DNA of 63,949 nt, counting the filler, from Acidimicrobiia bacterium (lineage in GTDB: Bacteria; Actinomycetota; Acidimicrobiia; Spongiisociales; CAZKJJ01), in assembly GCA_046759765.1 (NCBI GenBank). It is 4 parts of 4 records of this genome, joined end to end, with 100 filler letters (N's around TTAATTAATTAA, not from the genome) between each part and the next. Parts side by side here need not be neighbours in the genome. Positions count along the whole stretch, not along the records: positions 35,206 to 52,477 come from JBHICV010000041.1; positions 52,578 to 63,949 come from JBHICV010000071.1; 2 more parts are not named here. One strand, given 5' to 3'. Below are positions 51,091 through 60,303 of the stretch, piece after piece (position 1 is the first letter of the stretch; each line of letters begins with the position of its first letter). Below the pieces are notes generated by a model. The model was not told where the DNA came from. It did not search any database and worked only from the letters and a program-made list of their open reading frames with translations. The position numbers and the translations under genes were made by a program.

Positions 51091-51683
51091 CGACGGAAAG
51101 GAAACCCGTCTACGAGTCGCGCGGTTACGCGCGTGCCAACCGTTGGGACCCCACGCACCTGGAGAAGGTCGACAGACTGCTCGATCTATCCCGGGGCGAG
51201 CGGGTTCTGGAAGTGGGCTGCGGCCAGGGTCATCTGACCAAGCGGCTGGCAGACCGGGGAGTTGACGCAGTGGGGATTGATGCCAACCCGCATGCGGCGG
51301 AGTTGGCGCGGTCCGACCGGATCATGTGCATGGTGGCAGAAGAACTGGAATTCCCGGATGCCTCCTTCGACGCGGTCATGTCGGTCCACGCGATCGAGCA
51401 CATTCCCGACCTCCATCGCGCCCTCTCCGAAATGGCCCGGGTCCTGAAGCCATCGGCTCAGGCACTCCACATCTATCCCGCGGAGCCGATCATGGGCTTG
51501 TACGCGATACCGACCTCCGTGATTCTCTATGGCACGCCGTTCAAGGCCCGCCAGGTCCACTGCCACAAGCTGTGGCCGAAGAAGCTACGGAGGATGGTGG
51601 AGCCGCTCGGCATGACCGAGACCCATCAAGAGTTCAACCTGCTCCGATCCCCCCAGTTCGTGTCCCGCTTCGAGAAGAGCTAG
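51087..51683 (+). CDS. Class I SAM-dependent methyltransferase (start uncertain)
   Basis: VLEVGCGQG, FPDASFD, EHIPD-AL-EM-RVLKP; frame open upstream of 51213 without a canonical start. Confidence 0.8.
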   Translation, partial: VATERKPVYESRGYARANRWDPTHLEKVDRLLDLSRGERVLEVGCGQGHLTKRLADRGVDAVGIDANPHAAELARSDRIMCMVAEELEFPDASFDAVMSVHAIEHIPDLHRALSEMARVLKPSAQALHIYPAEPIMGLYAIPTSVILYGTPFKARQVHCHKLWPKKLRRMVEPLGMTETHQEFNLLRSPQFVSRFEKS

Positions 51684-51728
51684 GCCACCGCTACGAGATC
51701 ATTACGGAACCCTCCGTAATCTGCCGCC

Positions 51729-52394
51729 ATGAGGGTCGTGGGTGGCGACGTATGGAGAAAGGGATGGGTTGCCGTCGGCCTCGCCGATGGTCGACTCGAT
51801 GAGGTAGCTACCTTCGATTCAGTGGGCGAACTCATCGCAGCTCACCCTGAGGCAGTCGTGATCGCCCTCGACATGCCGATTGGTCTCCCTGAACAACCGC
51901 CACGCCCGGCCGACGTCGAAGCACGCTCCTTCCTCGGACCGCGGCGATCGAGTGTGTTCCCAGCTCCTCCCAAGGACGTCCTCGAGCGGAAGACCTACAG
52001 AGAGGCGCGGCTCCTATCGAAGAAGCGCTACGGACAGGGTCTGTCCGCCTACAGCTACTCGATGCGCAGGCGGATTATGGAAACTGATGAGGCTTCTAGG
52101 CATGACCGTCGACTGATCGAAGTGCATCCCGAGGTGTCTTTCCGAGCACTAGCCGGAACGCCGCTCGAATACTCGAAGAGGACCTGGAACGGCCAGATGG
52201 AGCGAAGGGCCCTGCTTGAACAGGCCGGGATCGTCCTACCGGATCGCTTGCCGGCCGGAGTTGGTCAGGTGCCGGTCGATGATGTTCTAGATGCAGCCGC
52301 AGCCGCTTGGTCGGCGCGCCGCCACGCTATGGGGGAAGCACTCTCTCTTCCCACTTCTTCGCCCCCCGGTACCGGAGGCGTCATTTGGTACTAG
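51729..52394 (+). CDS. DUF429 family (RNase H-fold) protein
   Basis: GGD-W-GW, DMPIGL, R-AD-AR, EVHPE, DDVLDA. Confidence 0.85.
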   Translation: MRVVGGDVWRKGWVAVGLADGRLDEVATFDSVGELIAAHPEAVVIALDMPIGLPEQPPRPADVEARSFLGPRRSSVFPAPPKDVLERKTYREARLLSKKRYGQGLSAYSYSMRRRIMETDEASRHDRRLIEVHPEVSFRALAGTPLEYSKRTWNGQMERRALLEQAGIVLPDRLPAGVGQVPVDDVLDAAAAAWSARRHAMGEALSLPTSSPPGTGGVIWY

Positions 52395-52422
52395 GGCTCA
52401 CGGGTGCTGGGGACGCGTGTGG

Positions 52423-52476
52423 TCAGGGTGGGTGGCTGGTGATGGTGTAGGTGTGTCCGAGGGGGCTGGTCCAGAT
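52423..52476 (-). CDS. C-terminal tip of probable DUF222/HNH endonuclease
   Basis: IWTSPLGHTYTITSHPP-stop at contig end; only 17 aa visible. Confidence 0.55.
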   Translation of the reverse strand: MWTSPLGHTYTITSHPP

Positions 52477-52477
52477 G

Positions 52478-52577
52478 NNNNNNNNNNNNNNNNNNNNNNN
52501 NNNNNNNNNNNNNNNNNNNNNTTAATTAATTAANNNNNNNNNNNNNNNNNNNNNNNNNNNNNNNNNNNNNNNNNNNN
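52478..52577. other. Artificial contig linker
   Basis: N-TTAATTAATTAA-N, 100 nt. Confidence 0.98.
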
Positions 52578-52578
52578 C

Positions 52579-52896
52579 CTCCCATCTGTCGCCGTTCTTT
52601 CAGACGGTACGGTCGGAGTGACCTACTACGACTTCCGCAATGATGACGGCACCGGCGAGCTGGCCGACTACTGGATCGTCCATTGCCATAGCACCTGTGC
52701 CACCGCTGGAAACTGGGGCAACGAGATCCGTCTCACAGCCGCCCCGTTCAACTATGCCCTGGCACCATTCGCAAATGGCCTCTTCCTAGGCGACTACATG
52801 GGACTGGCCTCGGACGGAGCAGACTTCCTCGCTTTCTTCCAGCAGTCTTCGCCCACCGATCCAGCCAACGGATTTTTCCGAAGAATCGGTCCCTGA
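52579..52896 (+). CDS. Sialidase-like/BNR beta-propeller protein, 5'-partial
   Basis: PSVAV-DGTVGVTYYDFRN, FLGDYMGL. Confidence 0.65.
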   Translation, partial: LPSVAVLSDGTVGVTYYDFRNDDGTGELADYWIVHCHSTCATAGNWGNEIRLTAAPFNYALAPFANGLFLGDYMGLASDGADFLAFFQQSSPTDPANGFFRRIGP

Positions 52897-53015
52897 CACC
52901 GGGCGACCTATTGCGGTGGGGGACCACAGATGAGTCAGGGCCGTCTGGAGGAAGGCTCTGACATGACCCTCGACGAAGCCGTCGCCTACGCCCTCGATCA
53001 CCTCGACGACTGACC

Positions 53016-53037
53016 TGTCACACCCTCTCCGTACTGT
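53016..53037 (+). promoter_or_regulatory. Putative PafBC/RecA-NDp-type promoter
   Basis: TGTCAC-N10-TACTGT, 6 nt before ATG 53044. Confidence 0.5.
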
Positions 53038-53043
53038 CGGCTT

Positions 53044-53277
53044 ATGGCCGCCGACCTCATGCCCATAGTGCTGTCGGCACTCTCAACGATCCATGTGGCC
53101 ACCGATGAGCTGGCAGATCTGACCGGCATCCCATTGCGAACGGTCGAGGAGGTGATGCTGAAGGCAGCCGATCAGGGCCTCGTCCTGCGGCTGGGTGGGG
53201 ATCGGTGGGAGTTGACCGGTGCGGGGGCTACTACCGACTGGTTAGACATGTGCTACGGCCGAAATGGGCGCTTCTAG
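53044..53277 (+). CDS. Small winged-helix protein
   Basis: ELADLTGIPLRTVEEVM-A-QGLV...WELT-G. Confidence 0.6.
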   Translation: MAADLMPIVLSALSTIHVATDELADLTGIPLRTVEEVMLKAADQGLVLRLGGDRWELTGAGATTDWLDMCYGRNGRF

Positions 53278-53501
53278 GGCTCTGGTTCGTCCTTTGATGG
53301 AAGTTGCCACATGTCATCATCCGGATTCGCTTCTTGGAGACCCATGTCGGCGTGGGTGGCCGGGTCGTTGGAGGATGCTGCTGTGACACGCCGATCAGAC
53401 ACTCGATCAAGGACCTTGAGGCCGCAGGAACCGCACAGGTACTTATCGGAGAGTCTGCTCGCGGCCCATCTGACGCGGCAGACCTCACATGGGACGGCCA
53501 T
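53274..53501 (-). CDS. Small CxxC-CxxC protein, hypothetical
   Basis: CEVC...CGSC; possible GGGA RBS. Confidence 0.4.
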   Translation of the reverse strand: MAVPCEVCRVRWAASRLSDKYLCGSCGLKVLDRVSDRRVTAASSNDPATHADMGLQEANPDDDMWQLPSKDEPEP

Positions 53502-53666
53502 GCGATGATCCCTTCTCTGTTGGCATCTGCTGCGACGGACCCTTGGAGGCAGGCGCTGATGGATTGGTGAGCCTCATGGCAGTGTGGGCACCCCGACTGC
53601 TCGAAGAGACTCATCCGGTCCGGAGTTGGAGTCGCTAGCTGCAGCGCCTCGACCCAGCCACATAGA

Positions 53667-54452
53667 TCAGTCTCCAGAGGGGCCTTGCTGACTGCGGCGT
53701 CGGGTTGCTATCAGCAGGCCCGCTCCTCCCACCAGCAATACCGCCCCGATGCCACCGGCTCCTCCGGAGCCAAATCCGGTGAAAGGAAGGGTCTCCGTGC
53801 TGGCGACCGTCGTGGTGGTCAGCTGAGTCGGCAGAACAGTCGGCGCGACCGTGGTGGTAGGCCCTTCAGTGGTAGTGGTCGTACCTTCGGTAGTAGTAGT
53901 CGCTTCCTGTGGCCCTGTCGTTGTGGTGGGCTCCGGCGGCGCTGTCGTCGTGGTTTGCTCAACGGTTGTCGTCGGCTCCGGCGGAGCTGTAGTGGTCGGG
54001 GGGACTGTCGTTGGAACGGTGGTGGCGTTCTCCGTCTGGTAGCAGAAGGAAATGTGGCTCAAACCGTACGGCTGGTTGGTGTTGGGGTTGATAGGTGAAT
54101 GAAGCCCGGCATCCGAGGTGGCCAACGGGTTGTACAGATAGAGGTTGGCGTTCGGACCGCCCTTGGCCACGACCGCATCGACGCCGAAGTTGCTGGACCA
54201 GTCAAACGTTGTGCCGTCGAAGTCCGAAATCGTGACCTCGAGAGTCCCGTCCGTGTGCACACCGTTGCTGAGGCTGCCATTTTCCAGCTTCAACTCTGCG
54301 TTGGTGCTGTAACTCCCACAGGTGGGATTACCCTCGACCAGGATCGGATCCACATGAGTGGCCGACGCCGGTGCGATCATCCACGCCATAAGCATGGCTA
54401 CCAAGAGAATCGTCCCGATACCGGCTACCCGCCGCCTTTCAGATCCCCCCAT
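53667..54452 (-). CDS. Secreted Thr/Pro-rich protein with LPxTG-type anchor
   Basis: signal peptide ASA, KGGP...Y...LSHISFC domain, TTT repeats, LPFTG + TM + RRR. Confidence 0.8.
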   Translation of the reverse strand: MGGSERRRVAGIGTILLVAMLMAWMIAPASATHVDPILVEGNPTCGSYSTNAELKLENGSLSNGVHTDGTLEVTISDFDGTTFDWSSNFGVDAVVAKGGPNANLYLYNPLATSDAGLHSPINPNTNQPYGLSHISFCYQTENATTVPTTVPPTTTAPPEPTTTVEQTTTTAPPEPTTTTGPQEATTTTEGTTTTTEGPTTTVAPTVLPTQLTTTTVASTETLPFTGFGSGGAGGIGAVLLVGGAGLLIATRRRSQQGPSGD

Positions 54453-54679
54453 CTTCTACCCCCCTCTGGGTCATTCGATAGGGGAAGGCGGGTGCGACAG
54501 CCAGCTCTGGATCGGAGCTATCCCCCCTAGCCCTACCACTCAAAGTAGTTACGAAGTCATCATAACCACTCTCCGCGCGATTTGGAAAGGCTGCTAGGTC
54601 TTGGCCCTAATTGGACTGCAGCGCAAGGTCCAGACTCCCGGTGCGGAGCCACGGTTCAGCACTCGATTTGGGAACATCC

Positions 54680-55369
54680 CGCTGCCATTCGATGGGGGAA
54701 GCTCAACCGGAATCCTGCCACCGATGCAGACCCACCTAGCAGAAGGCGAAGCGCAGCTCACCGGACGTGGACTTCAGGTCAGCTTCGTAGCTTCATCGAA
54801 CACATGAGGAAAGACCGTCTGGGTGCAGCATGGCTTCTTCTCGGAACAACGGGAATGCGCCGAGGCGAAGTGCTCGGGCTCCTGTGGGACGATGTAGATC
54901 TCGATCGAGGCCGGATATCAGTGCGGCGTTCCCTTGCATTGGCTATGACATGGAGGTGTCCGAGACCAAGACGGCGCGGGGGAAGCGTCAGGTAGCCCTC
55001 GACAGCCGCACCGTCTCGGCGTTCAGGGCCCACCGCAAGACGCAGACAGAGGAACGAATGGCCCTCGGACAGGCATGGGAGGACATGGGCTACGTGTTCA
55101 CTAATCCCGACGGGACCCCCGGGCACCCAGACCGGCTATCGAGGCTATTCGGCAGAGCGGCATCGGAGGTGGGCCTTCCACGGATCCGACTCCACGACCT
55201 CCGCCATACCCACGCAACTCTTGCCCTCCAAGCTGGCATCCACCCCAATGTTGTAAGCGAGCGACTCGGGCACGCGAGTGTCGCGTTCACCCTCGACACC
55301 TACTCGCACGCAGTACCCGCATTGCAGGAGGAGGCGGCCGAGCAGCTGGCAACTCTGGTACTTGGATAG
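54680..55369 (+). pseudogene. Truncated, frameshifted tyrosine integrase
   Basis: NPA, TGMRRGEVLGL-W in one frame; shift near 54935; LHDLRH, SERLGH, TYSH in the next; N-terminus missing. Confidence 0.88.
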
Positions 55370-55434
55370 CGACGCCGTGATCATTTCGTGATCAGACGCC
55401 GCCTCACGAGTGAACTGGAAGCCCTTCGACACTA

Positions 55435-55463
55435 AGAAACCCCCTGCTATGCAAGGGGTTTCT
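55435..55463. terminator. Hairpin between integrase 3' end and tRNA fragment
   Basis: AGAAACCCCCTGC-TAT-GCAAGGGGTTTCT. Confidence 0.7.
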
Positions 55464-55467
55464 CTCG

Positions 55468-55509
55468 TAGCGGGGGCGGGATTTGAACCCGCGACCTACG
55501 GGTTATGAG
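55468..55509 (-). mobile_element. att site: 3' half of tRNA-Met(CAT), initiator-like
   Basis: CTCATAACCCGTAGGTCGCGGGTTCAAATCCCGCCCCCGCTA; no D-arm or 5' acceptor strand upstream. Confidence 0.85.
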
Positions 55510-55778
55510 TCTCAGGATTGACGTACCCCTGCATGTCCCCGTGGGACATCGCGTAGCCGCTCACCAGCGCAAACGCTTGAACGGACGAGCCCTTCGTGAT
55601 CGTATTCATCCGCCTGTGTCCCCTTGTTTGTTTGCAGACTGTTTGCGGCGCAAAGCCATCGTCGAGTTGCGAACGTTCTCCCAGGAAGCGCACACACGCC
55701 TATCTCCAATAGTCTGTTGAGCCAGGTCCGATAGATTCAAGAGCCGACGGTCACGAGAAGAGTCAACGAGTCCATCGT

Positions 55779-56567
55779 GCCACCGCTCTCGAACTCGGCA
55801 GATAGCGCTTTCACCTGATCCTGGCGGTCGGTCGGAGGAACGCACCGCGCCGGTGATCGAGCAGATCGAGGCCGATGGCGGCCGGGTGGACTTCATCCAT
55901 CTCGACCTGGCGTCGTTGGCCGCCGTCCGTTCGGCGGCCGAAACGTCTGCTCCCTCAACCTGTTGCTCTCAGTGCTGGCCAACAATGCAATCGTCGCCCG
56001 GCGCGGGAGGACGACCGTCGCGGGCTTCGAGCCGACCTTCGGGGTCAACCACCTGGGCCACTTTCTCCTCACCCGGTGGCTGGAGCCTCAGCTCAAAGCT
56101 GCGGCACCGTCCGGGTCGTCACCGTTTCCAGCGATGCCCACTACGGGGCCAAGTCGATCGACTGGGAGCTCCAGCGTCCTACAGCCACGCTGGCTGGTTT
56201 CCGCGAGTACGAGGTCTCCAAGCTGGCCAACGTCCTCTTCACTCGAGCGCTCGCCCGGCGGTTGGCCGGCGCCGGCGTCACCACCTACGCGTTGCATCCC
56301 GGCACCGTGGCAACGGATCTCTGGCGGAAGGTGCCCTGGCCGATCAGACCGCTGATGAAACTGGGGATGCTGACTCCCGAACAGGGTGCCGTTACGCCCG
56401 TTTACTGCGCGACGGCTCCAGAGCTGGCCGATCAGACCGGCCTCTACTACGCGAACAGCCGAGCGAAAGAACCCAGCCGCCTGGCCCGCGACGACTCGGT
56501 CGCCGACGAGCTGTGGAAGCGCAGCGAGACGTGGGTCGCGGACTACCTGCCCCCGGCAGAGGGCTGA
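55779..56567 (+). pseudogene. Short-chain dehydrogenase (retinol-DH-like) pseudogene
   Basis: ATALELGR*RFHLILA / GRSEER...LDLASL / NNA...FGVNHLGHF / VSSDAH-YEVSKLAN across a stop and about three frameshifts. Confidence 0.85.
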
Positions 56568-58027
56568 GACTCAGCCAGGCCGGTCCAGTCGTTGAAGGCC
56601 TCGATCAGTTGATCAATCGGATCGGCCTGCTCCTGAATGTCGGTCCAGTAGTCGGGGTCGTACCACTGCGCCTCGAGCTCTTCGGCGCTCTTACCCTGCT
56701 GCTCGACCCAAGTGAAGTACTTAAGGTTGTGGATCCGCTTGCGGCCCAAGTAGTCGAGCTCTCCCATGTAGTCGGTCGAGGCTCCCAGCAGGTACCGGTG
56801 GTACAGGCCGGCGGCGTCGAGCGACGTGAACGGGCCCGCCTCCCGTAGCTCATCGAGGCGGCTCTGATACATCTCCATCGAGTCGGTGGCGACGGTCAAC
56901 AGGACATCCTGCGAGCCGAGCTCGAACCAGTGGGCGAGCTTGATCGATGCCAGCAGGTTGGCGGCGCTGGAGATACCGAGCAGCGGCAGCTCCTCGACGA
57001 GGTCGGCGGTCACCCCGTGGGAGGCGAGGTATTCCTGCCCGGCCGGCTCGTTGAACAGCCGGATGAGCGCCATCGAGGCGGCATCGTCGACGGCGATCAC
57101 CACGTCGGTGTTGCGGACGTTGTGGATCCAGGGCACGTGCTTGTCGCCGATTCCCTCGATGCGGTGGGCGCCGAAGCCGTTGAGGAGCAACGTGGGAACT
57201 TGGAGCGCCTCGGCGGCGGCGATCTTGGCCGTGGGGAACTGTTGTTTGAGATAGTCGCCGGAGGCGAGCGTCCCGGCTGAGCCGGTCGTCAGTGCCAGCC
57301 CGAAGAACCGATCGTCAGGCGTCATGACCTCGCCCAGGACCTCGGCCATTGCCGGCCCGGTGACTGCGTAGTGCCACAGGTAGTTCCCGAACTCGTCGAA
57401 CTGATTGAAGATGGCGATGTCCTCACCGGAAGCGACCAACTCCTTGCACTTGTCGAAGATCTCCTTGACGTTGGCCTCCGAGCCGGGTGTCTTTATGACC
57501 TCGCCGGCCACCGACTCCAGCCAATCGAACCGCTCTCGGCTCATGCCCTCTGGGAGGATGGCGATCGAGTCACAGGCCAGCAGGTGGGAGTCGTAGGCCC
57601 CGCCCCGGCAGTAGTTGCCGGTCGAGGGCCAGGCCGCTTTCTGGGTCGTTGGGTCGAACTGCCCGGTGACCAGTCGAGGTACCAGGCATCCGAACGCCGC
57701 CCCGACCTTGTGAGCGCCGGTCGGGAACCACTTGCCGACCAGCGTGATGATCCGGGCCTCGACTCCGGTCAGCTCCGGGGGAAACTCCAAGTAGTTGACA
57801 CTGCCAAAGCGTCCGCCCTTCTCCACCGGTTCGTTGTGCCAACCGATACGGAACAGGTTGAGGGGATCGAGGTCCCACAGACCAATATCCTCGAGCCGCT
57901 CCTGCACGGACCGCGGGAGGGTGCTCGGGTCCCGCATCTGGGCGAAGGTCGGCACCACGATGCCTTGCTCCCGGGCGCGGTCGACCGCTCGCTCCAGGCC
58001 TTCCTCGTCGATCGTGAGGTCGATCAT
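56543..58027 (-). CDS. Fold-type II PLP-dependent enzyme, uncharacterised
   Basis: FPTGAHK, STGNY, NQF, TGSAGT, HRIEGIG. Confidence 0.85.
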   Translation of the reverse strand: MIDLTIDEEGLERAVDRAREQGIVVPTFAQMRDPSTLPRSVQERLEDIGLWDLDPLNLFRIGWHNEPVEKGGRFGSVNYLEFPPELTGVEARIITLVGKWFPTGAHKVGAAFGCLVPRLVTGQFDPTTQKAAWPSTGNYCRGGAYDSHLLACDSIAILPEGMSRERFDWLESVAGEVIKTPGSEANVKEIFDKCKELVASGEDIAIFNQFDEFGNYLWHYAVTGPAMAEVLGEVMTPDDRFFGLALTTGSAGTLASGDYLKQQFPTAKIAAAEALQVPTLLLNGFGAHRIEGIGDKHVPWIHNVRNTDVVIAVDDAASMALIRLFNEPAGQEYLASHGVTADLVEELPLLGISSAANLLASIKLAHWFELGSQDVLLTVATDSMEMYQSRLDELREAGPFTSLDAAGLYHRYLLGASTDYMGELDYLGRKRIHNLKYFTWVEQQGKSAEELEAQWYDPDYWTDIQEQADPIDQLIEAFNDWTGLAESQPSAGGR

Positions 58028-58039
58028 CGGACTCCCGCC

Positions 58040-59323
58040 TCAGCCAGGACCGTCATTGGCGTCGAGGCCCTCTTCGACAGCCGCCAGGGTAGGTGCCACG
58101 GGGATGACTTTTGTCCCGGCCGCATCGACCGCCTGCATGGCCGCCGGCACATCCTTGAGACCGTTGCCGGTCGCCAGCACGACCACCCGCTCGTCGGCCC
58201 CGACGAGACCTTCTCCAATCGCCTTGACCAGGCCGGCATAGCTGGCCGCGGCAGCCGGCTCGGCGAATACGCCGGAGCCGCGGGCCAGGATGGGGATTGC
58301 AGCCAGGATCTCGTCGTCGCTCACGGCGAGAAACTCACCTCCCGTCTCCGTCACCGCCCGCATCCCCTTCAGGCGGTCGCGAGGCAGTCCCGCCGCAATG
58401 CTGTCCGCGACGGTGTCGGCGGGCGCTGGGGGCTTGGTGAGTACGTCGCTCCCGTCCTCCCACGCCTGCACGAAGTAGCTGCTTCCTTCTGCCTGTACTC
58501 CGATCAGCCGTGGCATGTGACGAATCCAACCCAGCACGCCCAGGTCTCGCAGACCCTTGTACAGCCCGCCGATGATGCAGCCGTCGCCCACTCCGACCAG
58601 GATCGCATCCGGCAAGTTGCCGTCGAGCTGCTCGAAGATCTCGAAGAGGACCGTTTTCTTGCCCTCGCTCATGTAGGGGTTGACGCCGGTGTTGCGGTTG
58701 TACCAACCGAAGCGCTCGGAAGCGTCCATAGTCAGATCGAACGCCTGGTCGTAGGTGCCCTGGACCAGCATCACCGTTGACCCATAGGTGAGGAGCTGGG
58801 TGATCTTGGCCGGCGGTGCGCTCTCCGGAACGAAGATCACGTTGCGCTGGTCGACGCTGGCGGCCACGCCGGAGAGCGCCGCGGCCGCGTTCCCGGTCGA
58901 AGCGGTCGTGATGACCTCGGCCTTCCGGTCCGCCGCCTTCACCACTGCCACCGCGCTGGCCCGGTCCTTGAGGGAAGCGGTCGGCTGGCGCCCCTCGTCC
59001 TTGACCCACAGCTCGCGTATTCCCAGCCCGTCCGCCAGCCGGTCGGCGCGATAGAGCGGGGTCCACCCCACCGTCAGCGGCGGCACCTCGGCGTCAGGAT
59101 CGACGGGCAGCAGCGGCCCGTACCGCCACATCGACGGCTCGGCCGAAGCTAGGTCGTCGCGGGTGAGCCGGTTGGCTATCAGCTCGTAGTCGTAAGCCAC
59201 GTCGAGCGTCCCGACCGGGCCATGCTTGGGGCACACATACTCGACCTCCGCGGGGTCGTACAGCTTCCCACACACCAGGCACTCCAGGTGCAGGACGTGA
59301 TCGAGTGGCGGAGCCGGGATCAC
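58040..59323 (-). CDS. Threonine synthase-like PLP enzyme
   Basis: N-term Zn ribbon, PTASLKDR, ASTGNA, EGKKT, EPAAA, TGNGLKD. Confidence 0.85.
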   Translation of the reverse strand: MIPAPPLDHVLHLECLVCGKLYDPAEVEYVCPKHGPVGTLDVAYDYELIANRLTRDDLASAEPSMWRYGPLLPVDPDAEVPPLTVGWTPLYRADRLADGLGIRELWVKDEGRQPTASLKDRASAVAVVKAADRKAEVITTASTGNAAAALSGVAASVDQRNVIFVPESAPPAKITQLLTYGSTVMLVQGTYDQAFDLTMDASERFGWYNRNTGVNPYMSEGKKTVLFEIFEQLDGNLPDAILVGVGDGCIIGGLYKGLRDLGVLGWIRHMPRLIGVQAEGSSYFVQAWEDGSDVLTKPPAPADTVADSIAAGLPRDRLKGMRAVTETGGEFLAVSDDEILAAIPILARGSGVFAEPAAAASYAGLVKAIGEGLVGADERVVVLATGNGLKDVPAAMQAVDAAGTKVIPVAPTLAAVEEGLDANDGPG

Positions 59324-60264
59324 GGGACGATGTGGGTGCCGGTAGCGCCCGCCACTGCGCGTTCGAGGTTCTCGGGGTCGGTGATGATGGCGCGTTTCCC
59401 TCCAGCCTCCAGATAGTCGATGATCGCCTGGATCTTGGGCGCCATGCTGCCTTCCTTGAAGTGAATGCCCTCGGCGAGGTACGCCTTGGCCTCGTCGAGG
59501 GTCATCTCATCGATGAGGGACTGGTCGGGTGTCCCCCAATTCAAACCCACCTTCTCGACGGCGGTCGAGATGAGAAACAGGTCCGCTTCGAGAACCTCAG
59601 CCAGCATCGCCGAAGCGAAGTCCTTGTCGATCACCGCCGCCACGCCATGCAGGTCGCCGTTCTCATCCGCAGCCACCGGGATGCCTCCTCCGCCGGCCGC
59701 GATCACGATCACGCCCGCGTCCACCAGCTGCTTGATCGCCTGAGTCTCAACGATGCGAAGCGGCCGGGGCGACGCCACCACCCGACGCCAGCCACGGCCG
59801 GCGTCCTCGAACACGTGCCAGCCTTCCTCCTCCTGCCGTTGGCGTGCCCGCGCCTCGTCCATGAACGAACCGATGGGCTTGGCGGGGTGCCGGAAGGCGG
59901 GATCGTCGGGATCGACCTCCACCTGGGTGACGACGGTCGTGACGACCTTCTCGATGCCCATCCGGCGAAAGTGGTTGTAGAGGTTCTGCTGCAGCGCGTA
60001 GCCGATTGCACCCTGGGAGTCGGCGCCGCAGGCATCGAGCGGCACCTCGTGCAGCTCGTGAGCGGCCAGCTCGGAGCGGCGCAGGATGAAGCCCACCTGG
60101 GGTCCGTTGCCGTGCGAGATGGCGACCTCCCATCCGTCGGCGATGAGATTGGCGATGTGCCCGGCGGTGACCCCGGCCGCTCGGTACTGGTCCGGCACGG
60201 TCCTGTGTTGGTCGTCGATGATCAGAGAGTTCCCTCCGATGGCCACCACGGCCCGGCTTCCCAT
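59320..60264 (-). CDS. arcC: Carbamate kinase
   Basis: AIGGN, HGNGPQVG, KPIG, WRRVVASP, GGGGIPV, AVIDKD, GSMAPK. Confidence 0.95.
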   Translation of the reverse strand: MGSRAVVAIGGNSLIIDDQHRTVPDQYRAAGVTAGHIANLIADGWEVAISHGNGPQVGFILRRSELAAHELHEVPLDACGADSQGAIGYALQQNLYNHFRRMGIEKVVTTVVTQVEVDPDDPAFRHPAKPIGSFMDEARARQRQEEEGWHVFEDAGRGWRRVVASPRPLRIVETQAIKQLVDAGVIVIAAGGGGIPVAADENGDLHGVAAVIDKDFASAMLAEVLEADLFLISTAVEKVGLNWGTPDQSLIDEMTLDEAKAYLAEGIHFKEGSMAPKIQAIIDYLEAGGKRAIITDPENLERAVAGATGTHIVP

Positions 60265-60303
60265 CGTCCTCCTTTCCCACCGAGTACAGCTGGCTGCGGT
60301 CAG

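Noticed and set aside
53800..54030. GTN-rich short tandem repeats
   Set aside because: Explained by the Thr/Pro-rich linker of the LPFTG-anchored protein.
55468..55545. Intact tRNA-Met gene
   Set aside because: The 5' acceptor strand, D-arm and 5' anticodon stem are absent; only the 3' half exists.
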